Source: the human T2T-CHM13v2.0 reference genome, Homo sapiens. From it: a DNA stretch of 64,000 nucleotides. Position numbers and translations under genes: made by a program. Where the stretch lies: the NCBI RefSeq assembly GCF_009914755.1, contig NC_060934.1. One strand, given 5' to 3'. The notes beneath the pieces are model-generated. The model had not been told where the DNA came from. It worked only from the letters and a program-made list of their open reading frames with translations, and made no database searches. Numbering within the stretch: the first letter of the stretch is position 1; every line of letters begins with the position of its first letter. This document shows, piece after piece, positions 47,556 through 62,014 of this stretch.

Positions 47556-47987
47556 TGGTAAAATAAAAACTTCAGCCAAATTAAATTTAAAGGAGTTTAA
47601 TTGAGCAGTGAATGATTCGTGAAACGGGCAGCCCCCAGAATCACAGCAGATTCACAGAGACTCCAGCATAGCCACGTGGTGGAAGAAGATTTATAGACAA
47701 AAAAAAGGGAAACAACGTACGGAAATTGGAAGTGAGGTACAGAACAGCTGGATTGGTTATGGCTTGGCATTTGCCTTATTTGAACACAGTTTGAACCTTC
47801 AGCAGTGTATGAATTGTTGAAGTATGGCCACTGGGATTGACCAAGGCTCAGCTATTATTATAGGCACATATTCCTAAGTTACGTTTTGAATCCTGTCTAC
47901 CTATTAAGCTAGGTTGCAGTTCATCCACAAGGACTCAAATATAGAAGTGTGGGGTCCTTCTAAGGACATATTTAATTCACTTTAACA
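47556..47987 (-). mobile_element. MER57A/B 3' LTR
   Basis: Minus strand TGTTAAAGTGAATTAAATATG...CTTCTATATTTGAGTCCTTGTGG...CCAATC boxes, TATAAA; adjacent polypurine tract. Confidence 0.85.
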
Positions 47988-49279
47988 ATTCCTCCCTTTT
48001 GGTCATTTTCTCAATTTTGAGAGATTGACCAAAACTGTAGTTACTGATGTCACCATCACCTTTGTAAATGTACTTATTTGGTGTTGAAGCCCACTGGGAA
48101 ACAGTAGAACAGTGGGTTTTGGAAGGAGGGAATGAGGAATGAGTAGAGGGTACCTCTTTATGCTGGAACGTCCTGTTTACAGGAGAAAAACAAAACCTGG
48201 TCTGTTCTAGGATCTATATGTTTCCTTAAAGTCTTAGTTTCATTATGTCACATTTAGCACAAGTTACTCCTTTTTAGTTTGGTTTGGCCTATTGGGGCCT
48301 AGGGCATGAGCTTAGTCCAAAACAATGGCCTCTCATAATTTTGTTTTAAAAAATTCCCCCTTTTTGGTCAGGTTCTCACTTAGGTGAGAGTATGACCAAA
48401 ACTTAGGGCCTCAGCACCCCTCTCTGTTACCATCATTTTGGGTTTCCGGTCTCAGCACATCATTCGTAGGTTACAATATCCTCATGGTTGCACATTTCTT
48501 TCATCTCTTGTCATTCCAGTTGAAGAGATACCATTTGACTTTCTAGAGATGGCTGCATGCAAATATTTAAAACCTTTGAGAGAACATAGCACATCAGGAA
48601 AACTATTATTATAACTACTGGGAGCATAATACCAAGAATTTGGAGTATGCTCCTTACCCAGGGTCCCCATAAACCAAACCACATAAAATTAAATAGATTA
48701 AAGAATAAGCTAGATGAAGAGTCTGCTTGCTTAAGGGGTCTTTTTATTAATCCCCTACAACTGAATTTTTATAATCTATATTTGATGTATTTCTCCATAG
48801 GCCAAAAGTGCCAGCAGCTGCACAAGTACCTTTCTGTTTAGCCAATTCTATTATTTAGCATAACTTTCACAAGAAAATTTAAAGTCTGTTGTGTAAACAT
48901 AGCCTTTACTTAGAATCTACTATACAGCCTATCATAAGGGATACATTTCTAATTATTGCCTCTTTTATTCTAAACCATGGAAGAAGAACCTAACAAATGA
49001 TGTCCTTCTGTAAGAGTGAAGGTCTTCTGGCAATGTTCTCTTTAACCCATGATGAGAATTAAGAGGACTTTTGACTAATTATGAGGCAATGAATGTACCA
49101 TTAAAGTTTCTCACCTACATTGGAACTTTATCTTTTATCTATCACCATATAAGGTTATTTATGTAGAAAGCTGGCTAAAAAAATCCTTCACAAATAAAAG
49201 TGCACCCTATAAGTGCACATAATAGACCCCCTTTTTATTTCTATTGTTCATAGAGGCATAAACAAGGAAAAAATATTCA

Positions 49280-49657
<378 letters not shown>

Positions 49658-50799
49658 TCAAGGATGTCATCTTCTTTTCTGGAGAAACTTTCCTGTTTAG
49701 TTTTACCTTGAGGGTTCTAATGGGTGTACAGTTCCAAGGGTGTGGAGGGACCTTTCTCAGTTGTGAGTTTATGAACCCAAGGTTCAAGTTTCCAAAGTTT
49801 TGTTGCAGTGTGAATGGCAAGGACAGTCTTTCTCTGATGTTCTGAGAATATCCAATCTTCAGGTTCTAGATTGTGAAGGGGTTGATTGTCCCCAGCGAAC
49901 CATAAAAAGCTTTCTTTACCTGGTGAAAATATACTGTGGGATGATAATTAACTGTTATAACATAAGACATGCATTGAAACTAACAATCGAATGAAATCTC
50001 TTTATGTTTAAATGACCCATCAGGTAGCCAAATGTACGTAAAGGTTTGATTGTCTTCCCAGGAATATGGAACCAAACACTGGTTTTAAACTATTTTCACA
50101 ATTTATAAGTCACCACATCAATATATTCAATTTGGATTGTTTTATCTGTTCCATGATGAGTCATGGAATGCAGAACCTTTAATAACAACACATTTAAGGA
50201 CTCAGGAAGGGCCAAGTGGCTGTCCTGGTTCTCCATGAGTCTATGCTTAACATGGGACTTTATGTCCTCTTGAATACCAGTTGTTTCTCCAATTTAGGTG
50301 CATAGCACCAACAACTAATGGGTTATTACAGATAATTTGACTTGGACCATGGAGTTCAAATTGTACATGTAAACAATTTCCGTATCGCCTGGTTTAACAT
50401 GAAAATTTGGCAAAGTATTTTCTTAGTATTTAATTAATTTTTTTGTTCTACTTATGTTAGCACATTTATACAGGGAAATTTGGTTATTTCTGTGGTGTAC
50501 AATAACTTAATAACCATAATTATGATTGACAACATATACTTAGACATATTATAATTAGTTTAAAAATAATAAGTGCTTAAATCAAATATTTTATTAGAAA
50601 GTAAAAAGTGTAATGCCTTTTAGTTCATGTGACTTAAGTAATCTCTTGGAAATAAAGACAGTTTTGAAGATTATTGGTAAAATAAAAATATCTTTAAAAA
50701 TACAAACATTTGGTCTAAACTATGCAGGTCAGATATTAAGTTTGCTAAATGCTTTAAGGTCATAAACTGCTTCTTTGACTTTTAAAAATTGTTCAATTT

Positions 50800-50890
50800 A
50801 CCCGAGAGGTGGAGCTTGCAGTGAGCCAAGATCCCGCCACTGCACTCCAGTCCGGGCGACAGAGCGAGACTCCGTCTCAAAAAAAAAAAA
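50800..50890 (+). mobile_element. 5'-truncated AluY
   Basis: GGAGCTTGCAGTGAGCC diagnostic; 16-bp TSD AAAAATTGTTCAATTT. Confidence 0.88.
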
Positions 50891-52119
50891 AATTGTTCAA
50901 TTTCTTTTAGAGACATTAAATTCTAAATAAGGCCTGGGGATATATGGAATTAGCCATGCCCCCTAGCTATTCAAAGGAGGTTATAAAGAAAAGAGATTTT
51001 ATATAAGAAAGGATCTTTTATGGTAAATTCTTGTCCTAAAGTAAAATAACTGGTTGTTTAAAAATAGGGATGCTTACGACAAGTCAGAAAGTCCAAACAT
51101 GTTGTAGATGGTCTGTGTATGCTGTGAAAAGATTTATAAAAGAAAATTTATGCACCAAAAGTGACAGTCGCTAAGAATTACCATTATAACATGTAATTGA
51201 GACTACTTAAAAAATAGGCTTACATGCAAGGTGTGTGAGGAGAAGGAAATGTGTTTTTGGAAAGAGTTTATAAGAAGGCATGGGAATGTAAATTTTTGCC
51301 TAGTTTAGAGGGTTAAAGGATTGTTTAAAATTAAATAAAATAAAGCTAAAGGTTTAAACAAGTTATGGAAGGTTTGTAAAAATTAACTTTGTGAACATAA
51401 TTCTATGTGTGAAAATATTGACTAATTAAAGCTCTTTCATATGTAAACATAACTCACATAATACATTTAAATACATAGACAGACAGAAGATAAAAGGACT
51501 CATTTTCCAAGCCAGGAATTGTACCCTGAACCTGGGCTGCATTGTGAAAAGAAAAAGCATGGCAGCATGGTTACAAGATCAAGCTCCCAAGGACATACAA
51601 GACAAGAGGGAAAACTCACCCAGTTTTTTTTTAGAGACCTGCAGCAAAGTTTGTAACTGACCAGCTTGCTGGGCCATCTTAAAAAGCAGGCTTACAGGTA
51701 TCCTAAGCCTGTGTTCTATCCTAAGTTACCCCTATCCATTATAGAACACAGAAAGACACACAAAGCACACTAGATTCTCTACAGCTTAAGATTAGCCTCA
51801 CGAATCCTTCATCTCATTAACTAAAACTTTACAGAGGAGATAAACAGTGATTTTTACTATTCATTCAACTAATTTGCACAGAGAAAGAGAGAGGCCAGAA
51901 GTCTGGTAAGAAATTCTTACCTTTTGCCAGTATGCCAGGCTTTTGGATTCCTCGGAGATGCTGGAGGAATCTGAATATTTTCAGTGGGATGTGCAGGGAA
52001 GGCCTCCTTAAGAAGGCAACATTTGAGCAAAGATCTGAAGTAGGCAAAGAAGCCATTTGGATATCTGGTAAAAGAGCTTTTCCAGATATTTAACAAATAA
52101 TTTCCTAACTTATTCTACG

Positions 52120-52422
52120 TTTTATTTTTTGTTTTTGAGACACGGTATCTCTCACTCTGTCGCCCAGGCTGGAGTGCAGTGGTGCAATCTCTGCTCACTG
52201 CAACTTCCACCTCTTAAGATTCCAGCAATTCTCCTGCCTCCACCTCTTGAGTAGCTAGGATTACAGGTGTGCGCCACCACACCCAGCTAATTTTTGTATT
52301 TTTAATAGAGACGGGGTTTCACATGTTAGCCAGGCTGGTCTCGAACTTCTGAGCTCAAATAATCCACCTGCTTAGGCCTCCAAAAGTGCTGGGATTACAG
52401 GCATGAGCCACAGCACCCAGCT
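52120..52422 (-). mobile_element. AluS
   Basis: Full antisense Alu. Confidence 0.88.
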
Positions 52423-53099
52423 AAGCTTTATGTGTATGTATTCTTTAATCAAATATCTATTGTATATGACATTAACTGCAGGTATAAGGAGATAAGACAA
52501 GATTACGGGTGTTCATTGAGTGCCTGCCATGTACCAGGCACTGTGCTAAGTTTAATGAATGAGGTTTGGTACCTTCACTAATATTTACAACTTAATGCAA
52601 GAGGCAAGGTGTAGACATACACCTCCTGCAGTTGGAGTGCAGCAGTTCTTACGAGGAGGAAGAGTTGGTCTGAGGTTGCACCACAAGAAGTTTATATGCA
52701 CCTGACCTACCTGAAGTCTACACCTCCCTTTCAAGATGAATTAACATGTAAAGGGTGCTCCCCACTCTAACAGAGGGGAAGCCAGCAAGTTAATACCTGA
52801 TCACACCTTTTATAGAGCACTGTGGTTAACAATCTGCCTTCCCAAAGTAACTCATTTAACCTTCATAACAATAAGAAGCAGTTGTTCTAAGAAGCCTTCG
52901 TGTCTCTGTCTGAGATGGAGAAAGGCTCAGAAGGCTGAGCAGTGTGACAAGGTAGAGTTCGACCTAAATTTAAGGTAACAGGCTTAAAGCACAGCGCTTT
53001 TCGCACAGCAATACAGCTGTTATGAGCATTTGCTGAAATAAAACAGCTTGATATTCTCCTGACTCAGTCCTCTCCCACTGACAAGACAGAAAGAGAGCT

Positions 53100-53800
53100 G
53101 GGTTGAGGTCGGGGCGGATTCAGAGCCCACCGTGTCAGCAAAGACACATAAGGAACTCGCCCTCCGGAAAGACGCGGGGGAATTCTGGGAGTGCGCGGCC
53201 TTGGAGCGCGCACATGCGCGGCAGCTCCCGCTGCTGAATAGCTGAGAGGCGCACCCGGGCGGCCAGCTGGGCTCGGAGTGCAGCGGGATTAGGATGGACG
53301 AGGACGTGTTGCACCCTGAAGAGCCTCATCATCGGTGAGAGTGGGGTGGGCAAGTCCAGGTGAGGCGGGCGTGCGGGCTGTGATGAGGGTGGCTGGGCTC
53401 TTTCTGCCTCCGTAGCCGCTGTCTCTTGGGCCGCGGTGGGAACTGTCAACCGCTGCAAGTGTCCACGATGGCGGCCGGGCTCGGGCCGGCTCCGCCCGCG
53501 CCCTCCTCGGCCTCTGGGCCGCGCTCTCCCGCGACGTTTGCTTTCCTCTCCCCACCCGCGCCTGCCTGTTCCCGGCCTCTGCCACGCCCAAGTTCTCTGG
53601 GTCGCTCTCCCTCCTGTGGCGCCGAGAAAACACCATTCCGAGGGCCGCCGCTCGGCCGGCCGGTTTGCTGCGCGGAGCTCAGGGCGTGGCGGGCTGGTTT
53701 GGGCCCGAATCCGGCCGGGGGCGCCTCGCCTCGAGCCCCTCGGGGTTCAGGCTGCCTGCCACCCCGAGACCCAGAAGACGTAACTTTCCCGCTTGAGGGT
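53100..53800 (+). promoter_or_regulatory. CpG island / RAB18-derived promoter
   Basis: High CpG density; GC box GGGGCGGA at 53111, ETS-like CCGGAA at 53164, ZNF143-like AATTCTGGGA at 53181, NRF1-like GCACATGCGC at 53210. Confidence 0.85.
53294..53359 (+). pseudogene. RAB18: RAB18-like exon 1 (coding part) with 2-nt frameshift; duplicated partial copy of RAB18
   Basis: ATGGACGAGGACGTGTTG-C-ACCCTGAAGAGCCTCATCATCGGTGAGAGTGGGGTGGGCAAGTCCAG|GTGAGG matches MDEDVL(T)TLK(I>S)[11 protein letters not shown]; 66 nt versus 68 expected; the ATG frame stops at TGA 53336. Confidence 0.92.
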
Positions 53801-54313
53801 TTCTGTGGGGCCTTCTCTAAATACATAATGTCCTCGGGAAGTTTCGTGATGCCTTAGGACCCATTCCTGGCCTGTTTGGGCGCAGCTTAATGTCGCTTCT
53901 TTTACTTTTTTATTAGTCGTCTGTGAAAGAACAGCTGGATCTTGTGAAGTGCTGGAAATTTTCTCTTTAGTGTAAGTGGTCCACGGCTGAAGCAGTCGGA
54001 CCACCTTTGAAAATAACGTGTAATTGTTATTTCTCATTTTGCCACATCCTGTGGAGACAAAAGATTAGTGTTGTGTCTTTTCATTTTTTATTTTTCTTCT
54101 TGGGGAAAATAATATTGACAATGGAGTTGAGTATAAGGTAAGACATGGATCTAGGTGGATGTTGCTAGAGGGTTGTGATTTCATCGAGGTCTTGGAACAG
54201 AGTTCAGGTGAAGTCATTCTTGCCATCTGATTATGAGTAGGTTATGTTCAAGGCCGTCCTAATCCTTAAACCACATTTACACTCCAGGGGCTGTAATCAG
54301 TTTCATATTTTAG

Positions 54314-54642
<329 letters not shown>

Positions 54643-54747
54643 TGATACATATCTTTCAAATAACTTGTTATTCATGTAAAATTTTATAAATGGAAGTATC
54701 CTTATACAAAGTAGAATGAAAGCTTTCCTCAGGTAACTTTTAAAATT

Positions 54748-54809
54748 ACAAACCTGCACATTCTGCACATGTATCCCAGAACTTAAAGTATAATAAATAA
54801 ATAAATAAG
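54748..54809 (+). mobile_element. Very short 5'-truncated L1PA 3' end
   Basis: ACAAACCTGCACATTCTGCACATGTATCCCAGAACTTAAAGTATAATAAA; TSD ATTACAAA. Confidence 0.8.
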
Positions 54810-55412
54810 ATTACAAAGTCCTACTTTTTTAGCTACTTCAGGATTTTAAAGCTTACTATGTAATATATTCTGAATTTTTTTTGTATTTTTAAAGTTTGAC
54901 AATACATTTTTCCAGTATTCCTCACTTAATGTACTCTATGTCTACTGTAGTCAGAGGGGTTTGCACATACCAAGGAATAGAATAATGAAACACTATGGGT
55001 AAGCAAACCAGTATGATTTGTGTGTGTGTATAAAAGGGATGAATAAAATTATTTACCTGATCATCTGTTATTGCATGTACATATTTGAGGGTTAAAAAGT
55101 TAATATAATAAAAATTGCCTTAATAGGAATTTTATAATTTTGTGATCTTTCTTTTTCATTTCTCTTTTTTTTCCTTGACATGTTGGTTCTCATGTAAGTT
55201 CAGGCATATGAAATTGGCATTTTTGAAGTCATGAATGGTTGGTTGTCATTTCTTGTAGTTCAACCCAATACATGAAATTGGGTTGAAATTGGTTAGCACT
55301 TTATGTAAATTTATTGCATGGGTGACAAGTTAGGGTGGTTAAAATTTTCTGGAACGTTAACTGGAGTATATAAATGAGATTCGTTCCCCGTCCCCCGTCC
55401 CCGCACCACTGC

Positions 55413-55822
55413 TTTTTTTTTTTTGAGACAGGGTCTTGTTCTGTCACCTGCTGGAGTGCAGTGGTGTGATCACGGTTCACTGCAGCCTTGACTTGCCTGG
55501 CTCAATCGATCCTCCCACCTCAGCCTCCTGAGTAGCTGGGACTACAGGGACGAATCACCATGCCTGGCTAGGGTTTTTTATAGAGACAAGGTGTTGCTGT
55601 GTTGCCTAGGCTGTTCTTGAACTCTTGAGCTCAGTGGATCTTCCTGCCCTCAATGGATCTTCGCAAAATGCTGGTATCATAGGCATAAGCCACCATACCC
55701 TGCTCTACTTTTAAAATTTTTTTTGTAGATGGGATTTCCCTATGTTGCCCAAGCTAGTCTGGAACTCATGGGCTCACGCCATCCTCCAGCCTTGGCCTCT
55801 CAGGGTGCTGGGATTACAGGCA
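55413..55822 (-). mobile_element. AluJ plus Alu left monomer
   Basis: Diverged antisense Alu arms. Confidence 0.82.
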
Positions 55823-56852
55823 TGAGCCATGGCACCCAGCTGAGAGTCCCTTTTTAGAATAAGGTCTGTTAAGTGGGATTTATCAGTCTCTCTACTTCAC
55901 TCCCCAGAAACAAATGTATTTAGGCCTAATCTTTTTTAAACTTTTTCCTCAATGTGTAGTGCTGGATTATCAACTGCTCACTGCAAAATTTTGACACTGT
56001 ATTACCTCTTTCGTGAAAGGACTGCATTTAGTGAGAAAGTTGTCTTATTTGTCTGGCTAGATATACATTATTGGCCTATGTGATATGCTATGGAAAAGAA
56101 CCTTAAACACTTATCTTTCTGGATAAGGTGGGAATAAATGACTCCACTAAAATAGAAGCCTATACTTTTTAAAGTGAGTTAGTACAGAAACATTTGTCAT
56201 GGGTGTGACCTTAAAGGGTTGTTTTTACCAAGTTTGTTCTGTTTCTTTATAGAGCTGGAGCTAGTGGAAGTGAAATAGCACTCATGTTGGGGAATTATTG
56301 CACAACAAAGGATATCTTTAAGCTGAATTAGTGGATTACTTTCTAGTGTATTTCATGGCGTTGGAGTCTAAAGGGTATATGATAGTAATCAGCAGATCAG
56401 GATTATGAAACTGGGGCTGCCACTTGTGTGGCCTTGTGTGTGATCCTTGAATGCTCTAGGCCTTCATTTCAAAAGTGAGGGGGTTGGAATAGAAACCTCT
56501 CAAACCCTATCTAGTGTTAAATGTATAAGACTGCGATTCTGTAGCTAGGCCCGGTGAGGTAGAGGTAGCAGAGTGTATCAAGAACTGGAAGGGATTAAAG
56601 AGACCTATTTTGTAAATTGCTGTCCCTCCTATGCATACCCTAGCCTTGCCATTCGTTTTGGTGAATTTCATTTGTAGATAAAGAAATGCAGATTAGTTAT
56701 AATCACACTCTGTTTGTTGTAAATTTGGTCTCATCTAAGTGCCATGGTGGTAGTTACTCCTTCCATCTCTACCTCTGCATGGAAAGCATTTTGCTCCTTT
56801 AACTTTGAAATATGAAGGTGTAAATATACAATATTGTAAGAATGGTGCTTCT

Positions 56853-57132
56853 ACCAGGTGCGGTGGCTCATCCTGTAATCCTAGCTACTCAGGAGGCTGA
56901 GGCAGGAGGATCACTTGAGGCCAGGAGATCGAGACCAGCTTGGGCAACATAGCAAGACCATGCCTCTAAAAAACTGAAAAATAAAAAAATTAGCCGGCCA
57001 TGGTGATGCACACCTGTCGTGCCAGTTACTTGGGGGGCTAAGGTGGGAGGATTAGTGAGCTGTGATTGTGCCACTGCATTCCAGCCTGGGTGACAAAGTG
57101 AGACCCTGTCTCTTTAAAAAAAAAAAAAAAAA
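56853..57132 (+). mobile_element. AluJ
   Basis: Diverged Alu with A tail. Confidence 0.85.
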
Positions 57133-59027
57133 GGGTCCTTCTTAATCATTTTGAGATTGCCCATTCCTTTCAAAATGTAATAGAGAAATGGACTCTCTGC
57201 CCCTTTCAAAGTCTAATAAATAGAGAAATGGACTCTCTGCCTAGAAAAATGCACACATGGAATTTAGAATACATTTTGGGCTGCCAGGGTACCCCTGGCT
57301 AAGATCTGATGTGTACCCAGAGCCTGTATTAAAATTTGTTGCTTCACACCATGCCACCAATTCCCTGCCTCTCCTGACAAAGTACCATTAATGACAATGG
57401 CTGTTGTAAGGATTAGCAATCATGAGAGAAAAACCTCTGGCTTTTTGTCTGCACATTGCCATATGTTCAATAAATAATACCCAATATCATTATTATTACT
57501 TGTATTATTATTATTATTATTATTACAACTACTCTACAAGGTTATATTAACTTATGTTTTTGTCATAATATTTTCTGTGGTGACCACGTGTAGATATGTA
57601 TCTTTTCTATTCTTAGATTATGGGTAACTGTTGGGAGAGAAGAAAATTTTTATAAGTTTTATTTTAGAGTCTTATTAGTGCTGTCACCTAACTTATGTTT
57701 GAAGTAAGTAAATATAGTTAAGATGTGAAATAGAGAAATCTTGAATTTGACTCTCCTGTTTTACTTTGATTCTGTGGTGCTCGTTTTATGGTAAACACAA
57801 GAAAACAAAACCAAGTAAGGCAGAGTTAATCCTTCAAATATAATTAATGACACTGGGTTTGGAAACTACCAGGAGGTCATTATGTTTTGCAGAATACTCT
57901 GTGGACAAAACATATCTCTAGCAGCAGTAATCACAACCTTATGAATATTAGAATCTAATTAGAAATTAGAATATTAGGAATATTCATCAGATTTTTTATA
58001 ATTTAGACATCTGATGACTGTTTCTTTGATTTTATTAATACAAGCAGGTCAACAGGACAGACTTATACTTTAGAAGTTAACAAGTGAAGTTGAGTGATTT
58101 TAAAATTTAGGGCTTTAACATTAGCTTTTATTTTTGAAGAGCTTCTAATAACTGACACTTCTGCTTCATAGTTAGTAAAATAATTCTGGAAGATGAAAAA
58201 CCTTAGAGTATCCTTCTAATCTGGTGTCTTTTGCTTTTATCCTTCCTTTCTAGTTTCCTACCATTTCCTAGGTTTAGTCCTTTGTTCTCTCCTGCCATAA
58301 CCGTGGCAGTTTTCTTCTGTTGATTTTTCTTCCATTTTTTGTTGGCATTAACTTTTCAAAACAAAGAGCAGTTCTTGTCATAACTTTGTTTAAAAGCCTT
58401 CAATAGCTTCCAGTTGCCTACTTGGTTTTGTAAACCCTACCTGGTGTTTGCCTGAGTATACCTACTCTGTCCTGTGATCTTTTTTTTTTTTACCTCTCTT
58501 TTTACTGTATCTTTTCTTCCCACTTAGGTGGTAGCCATACTGCCTGTTATAGAATGCTAGGCTTTGATATCTTTCTGTTTGTGCTTGAATTTAAAGTGGA
58601 TTACACATCAGATTTTTTTAAGTTACTTTACTTTGTTGCATTCCAAGAAACTTTATTTTTTCTCTTTTCATCCATGTCAATTAAAGCATGACATGTTGCT
58701 AATATCAGTGTCTCAGGACATACCGGAACAGTTAAAAACAACAACAAAAACCCCCACCTTTTGTACTTGGGGGATTGGGTAGAGCATGGGGAATATATTT
58801 AATAGTAAACTACTTTGCTCTTGGCAGTTTTTAAATTGCCTTTCTAGTAATTTAATTCTTCTGTGTATACCTGCTCTGAGGCAGTATTTCTAGGAGCAGG
58901 CCTCCATCAGTTATTTTTATCTGCATTTAATAATTTGTGACTGGATATAATAATCATGAACACACTTATCATATGATTAGAAAGAAAAATTCTAATTCCT
59001 AACCTGTCTTTTTAATATCTCTTTCAG

Positions 59028-59083
59028 CCTGCTCTTGAGGTTCACAGATGATACCTTTGATCCAGAACTTGCAGCAACAATAG
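59028..59083 (+). pseudogene. RAB18: RAB18-like exon 2 (56 nt)
   Basis: ctttcag|CCTGCTCTTGAGGTTCACAGATGATACCTTTGATCCAGAACTTGCAGCAACAATAG|gtgagc encodes (S)[18 protein letters not shown](G); canonical splice sites. Confidence 0.93.
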
Positions 59084-60277
59084 GTGAGCCTGTGTTTAAA
59101 AATTCAATAGAAATGTCTAATATTTTCTTGCCTTTGGGCTTTTTTATCTAAATCCTTCTACCTTCCTCTTACCACGCCACCACCTCCATGTCTGTTGACA
59201 TTTTATTTGTCCTTCAAGATTTAACTTTGGTATCGTTAAATCTCTTGAAGCCTTTCTAGATCTTACCAAGAGAAAATAATTTCCTTATCTGTTGTATCAT
59301 GGGACTTTATTAAAACTACTGATATTATGGTTATCTATACACACATTTCTTTCCTCTATTATGGATTGTCTTTTATTTTGCAATATACAACAGTTATTTG
59401 AGTACTTACTGTATACCAGGCACTGTTACTAAGAGGTGGGGGTATAATAGTGAATAACATAAACTTGGTCTCTGTCATCATGGACCTAACAGTAAAGTAC
59501 ATTAATTGTGTATGTTCAGCATTTGCTACAGTGTTTGACATGTATTCTGATCTTTACATATGTATTCATATTAGTTATTAAGGACTGTTAGGAGCAATGA
59601 TACTTAAATGCCTTTTAAAGATAAAATTTAGATGGCCTGAAAGTGGTTAGTCACACTAACTTATGAAAATATATGAGAAGATAGAGATAAGTATTTTGGT
59701 GTCATGTGTTTAGACCATAGACAACAACGTAAAGGAATGAAAAGACCGCTTGGAATAGTTGAAAGGTAGCTGAGCTGAGTCAGAGCTAGATAATAGTCTT
59801 GGCTTTGCCTTGAATTAGGTGTAATCTTGACTTACTAACTTCATCTGTAAATTGGGAGGTTTTGGGGAGAGAGAATACTTTTTTTTCCCTGAGCTTTAAA
59901 ATTTAAATCATAAAATTTTAAATTTGATGATCTGATGAGAGTATAGTAAAGATGATCCTAGCAGTATTATTAGGGAAAGCAAATAGTTTATCTTAACTGC
60001 CTTTATTTGTTTACATTTATTGTATGTCTATTTTTTCAGACTCATATATCTGTAAAAATAGCAAAAATAATTCTTGTATATCCTACTAAATTACTCCATC
60101 CAAATGTTAATATTTGTCACATTTGCTTTATCATTCTCTCTATGTATACACACACAGTATTCTTTTAAAAAAATGCATTTTTTTCTGGTTTTTTAAAATG
60201 AATTATTTGAGAGTGGATTGCAGACATGATGTCTTTAAAATGTCTACATACTTTGTATATTTCTTAAATCAACATAG

Positions 60278-60741
<464 letters not shown>

Positions 60742-61249
60742 TAATCTGAACAGTTCTTCAGTCTTTGTGTTTCCAGGGCCTTGACATTTTTGAAGAGTAA
60801 ATAATTATTTTGTAGAATGCTGCTTAATTTACATATATTCGGTGTCCTTATGGTTGGATTCAGGTTATGCACTTTTGGCAGGAATTCCACAGAAGTGTTT
60901 CTCAGAGCACAGTGTCAGGAGGCACATGATGTCTGTTTGTCCCATTTACTGGTGTTGGGACTTTGGTTACTATTGGGTGATACATGCCAACTTTTTCCTC
61001 TGTGAAGTTATTATTTTTCCTCTTGTAATGAATATATTTCTTTTGGAGAGATACATCGAAACTTTATTAGATATCCTCCTTTTCATCGTATTCTTTGCCC
61101 TCTTATTTTAGCATCCATTGATATTTTTTGCCTGTGACAAGCGAGAAGGACAGTATATGATCCTGCTGTTCTAACTGTGGTGGCTATCAAATGACAATTT
61201 TTTTCAAATGCCATCACTCTGTCTACATATCTTATTTGGAATTCTGTAA

Positions 61250-61564
<315 letters not shown>

Positions 61565-62014
61565 AAGAGCTCCTTTTTGTTTTTCTTTTTTTGTGAATTC
61601 GGATTCTTTATATTCAGGAGTTTTACTTAAACTTTGAATCTGAAAGAAACTTTAGGAGGAGCTCATAGATTTGTGGGAAGAAGCAAATCTACATTATTTT
61701 CTCTCTTCTAAAATCATATTCCATGTATTTTGATCTTTTACTGAATTTTAACACATTGTTTCATCACTAACATAAAGTGTTTCAATAGTTTTTGTAACTC
61801 ACACACAAATACTGGATTTAAAAGTTATATACCTGAGTATATTTTTGTGGCAGGTGGTCCACTTTACATCACTTTCCAGACAACTGGAATTTGAGACAAT
61901 GTCTGTGACAGCAGTCCCTTTGTTTTCACCTGGCATATGTTCTCATCATACTGCTTGCAGTCATATCATGCTGCAGGTAAAAAGCTTTGATTGGTTTTTA
62001 AATCTCTTACTTTG

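Noticed and set aside
53135-54037. 107-143 aa ORFs around the CpG island
   Set aside because: Pro/Arg/Ala-rich products of GC content; antisense or intronic relative to the RAB18-like exon.
57179-57241. 23-bp direct repeat AATAGAGAAATGGACTCTCTGCC
   Set aside because: Ordinary local duplication in intronic or old-repeat sequence.
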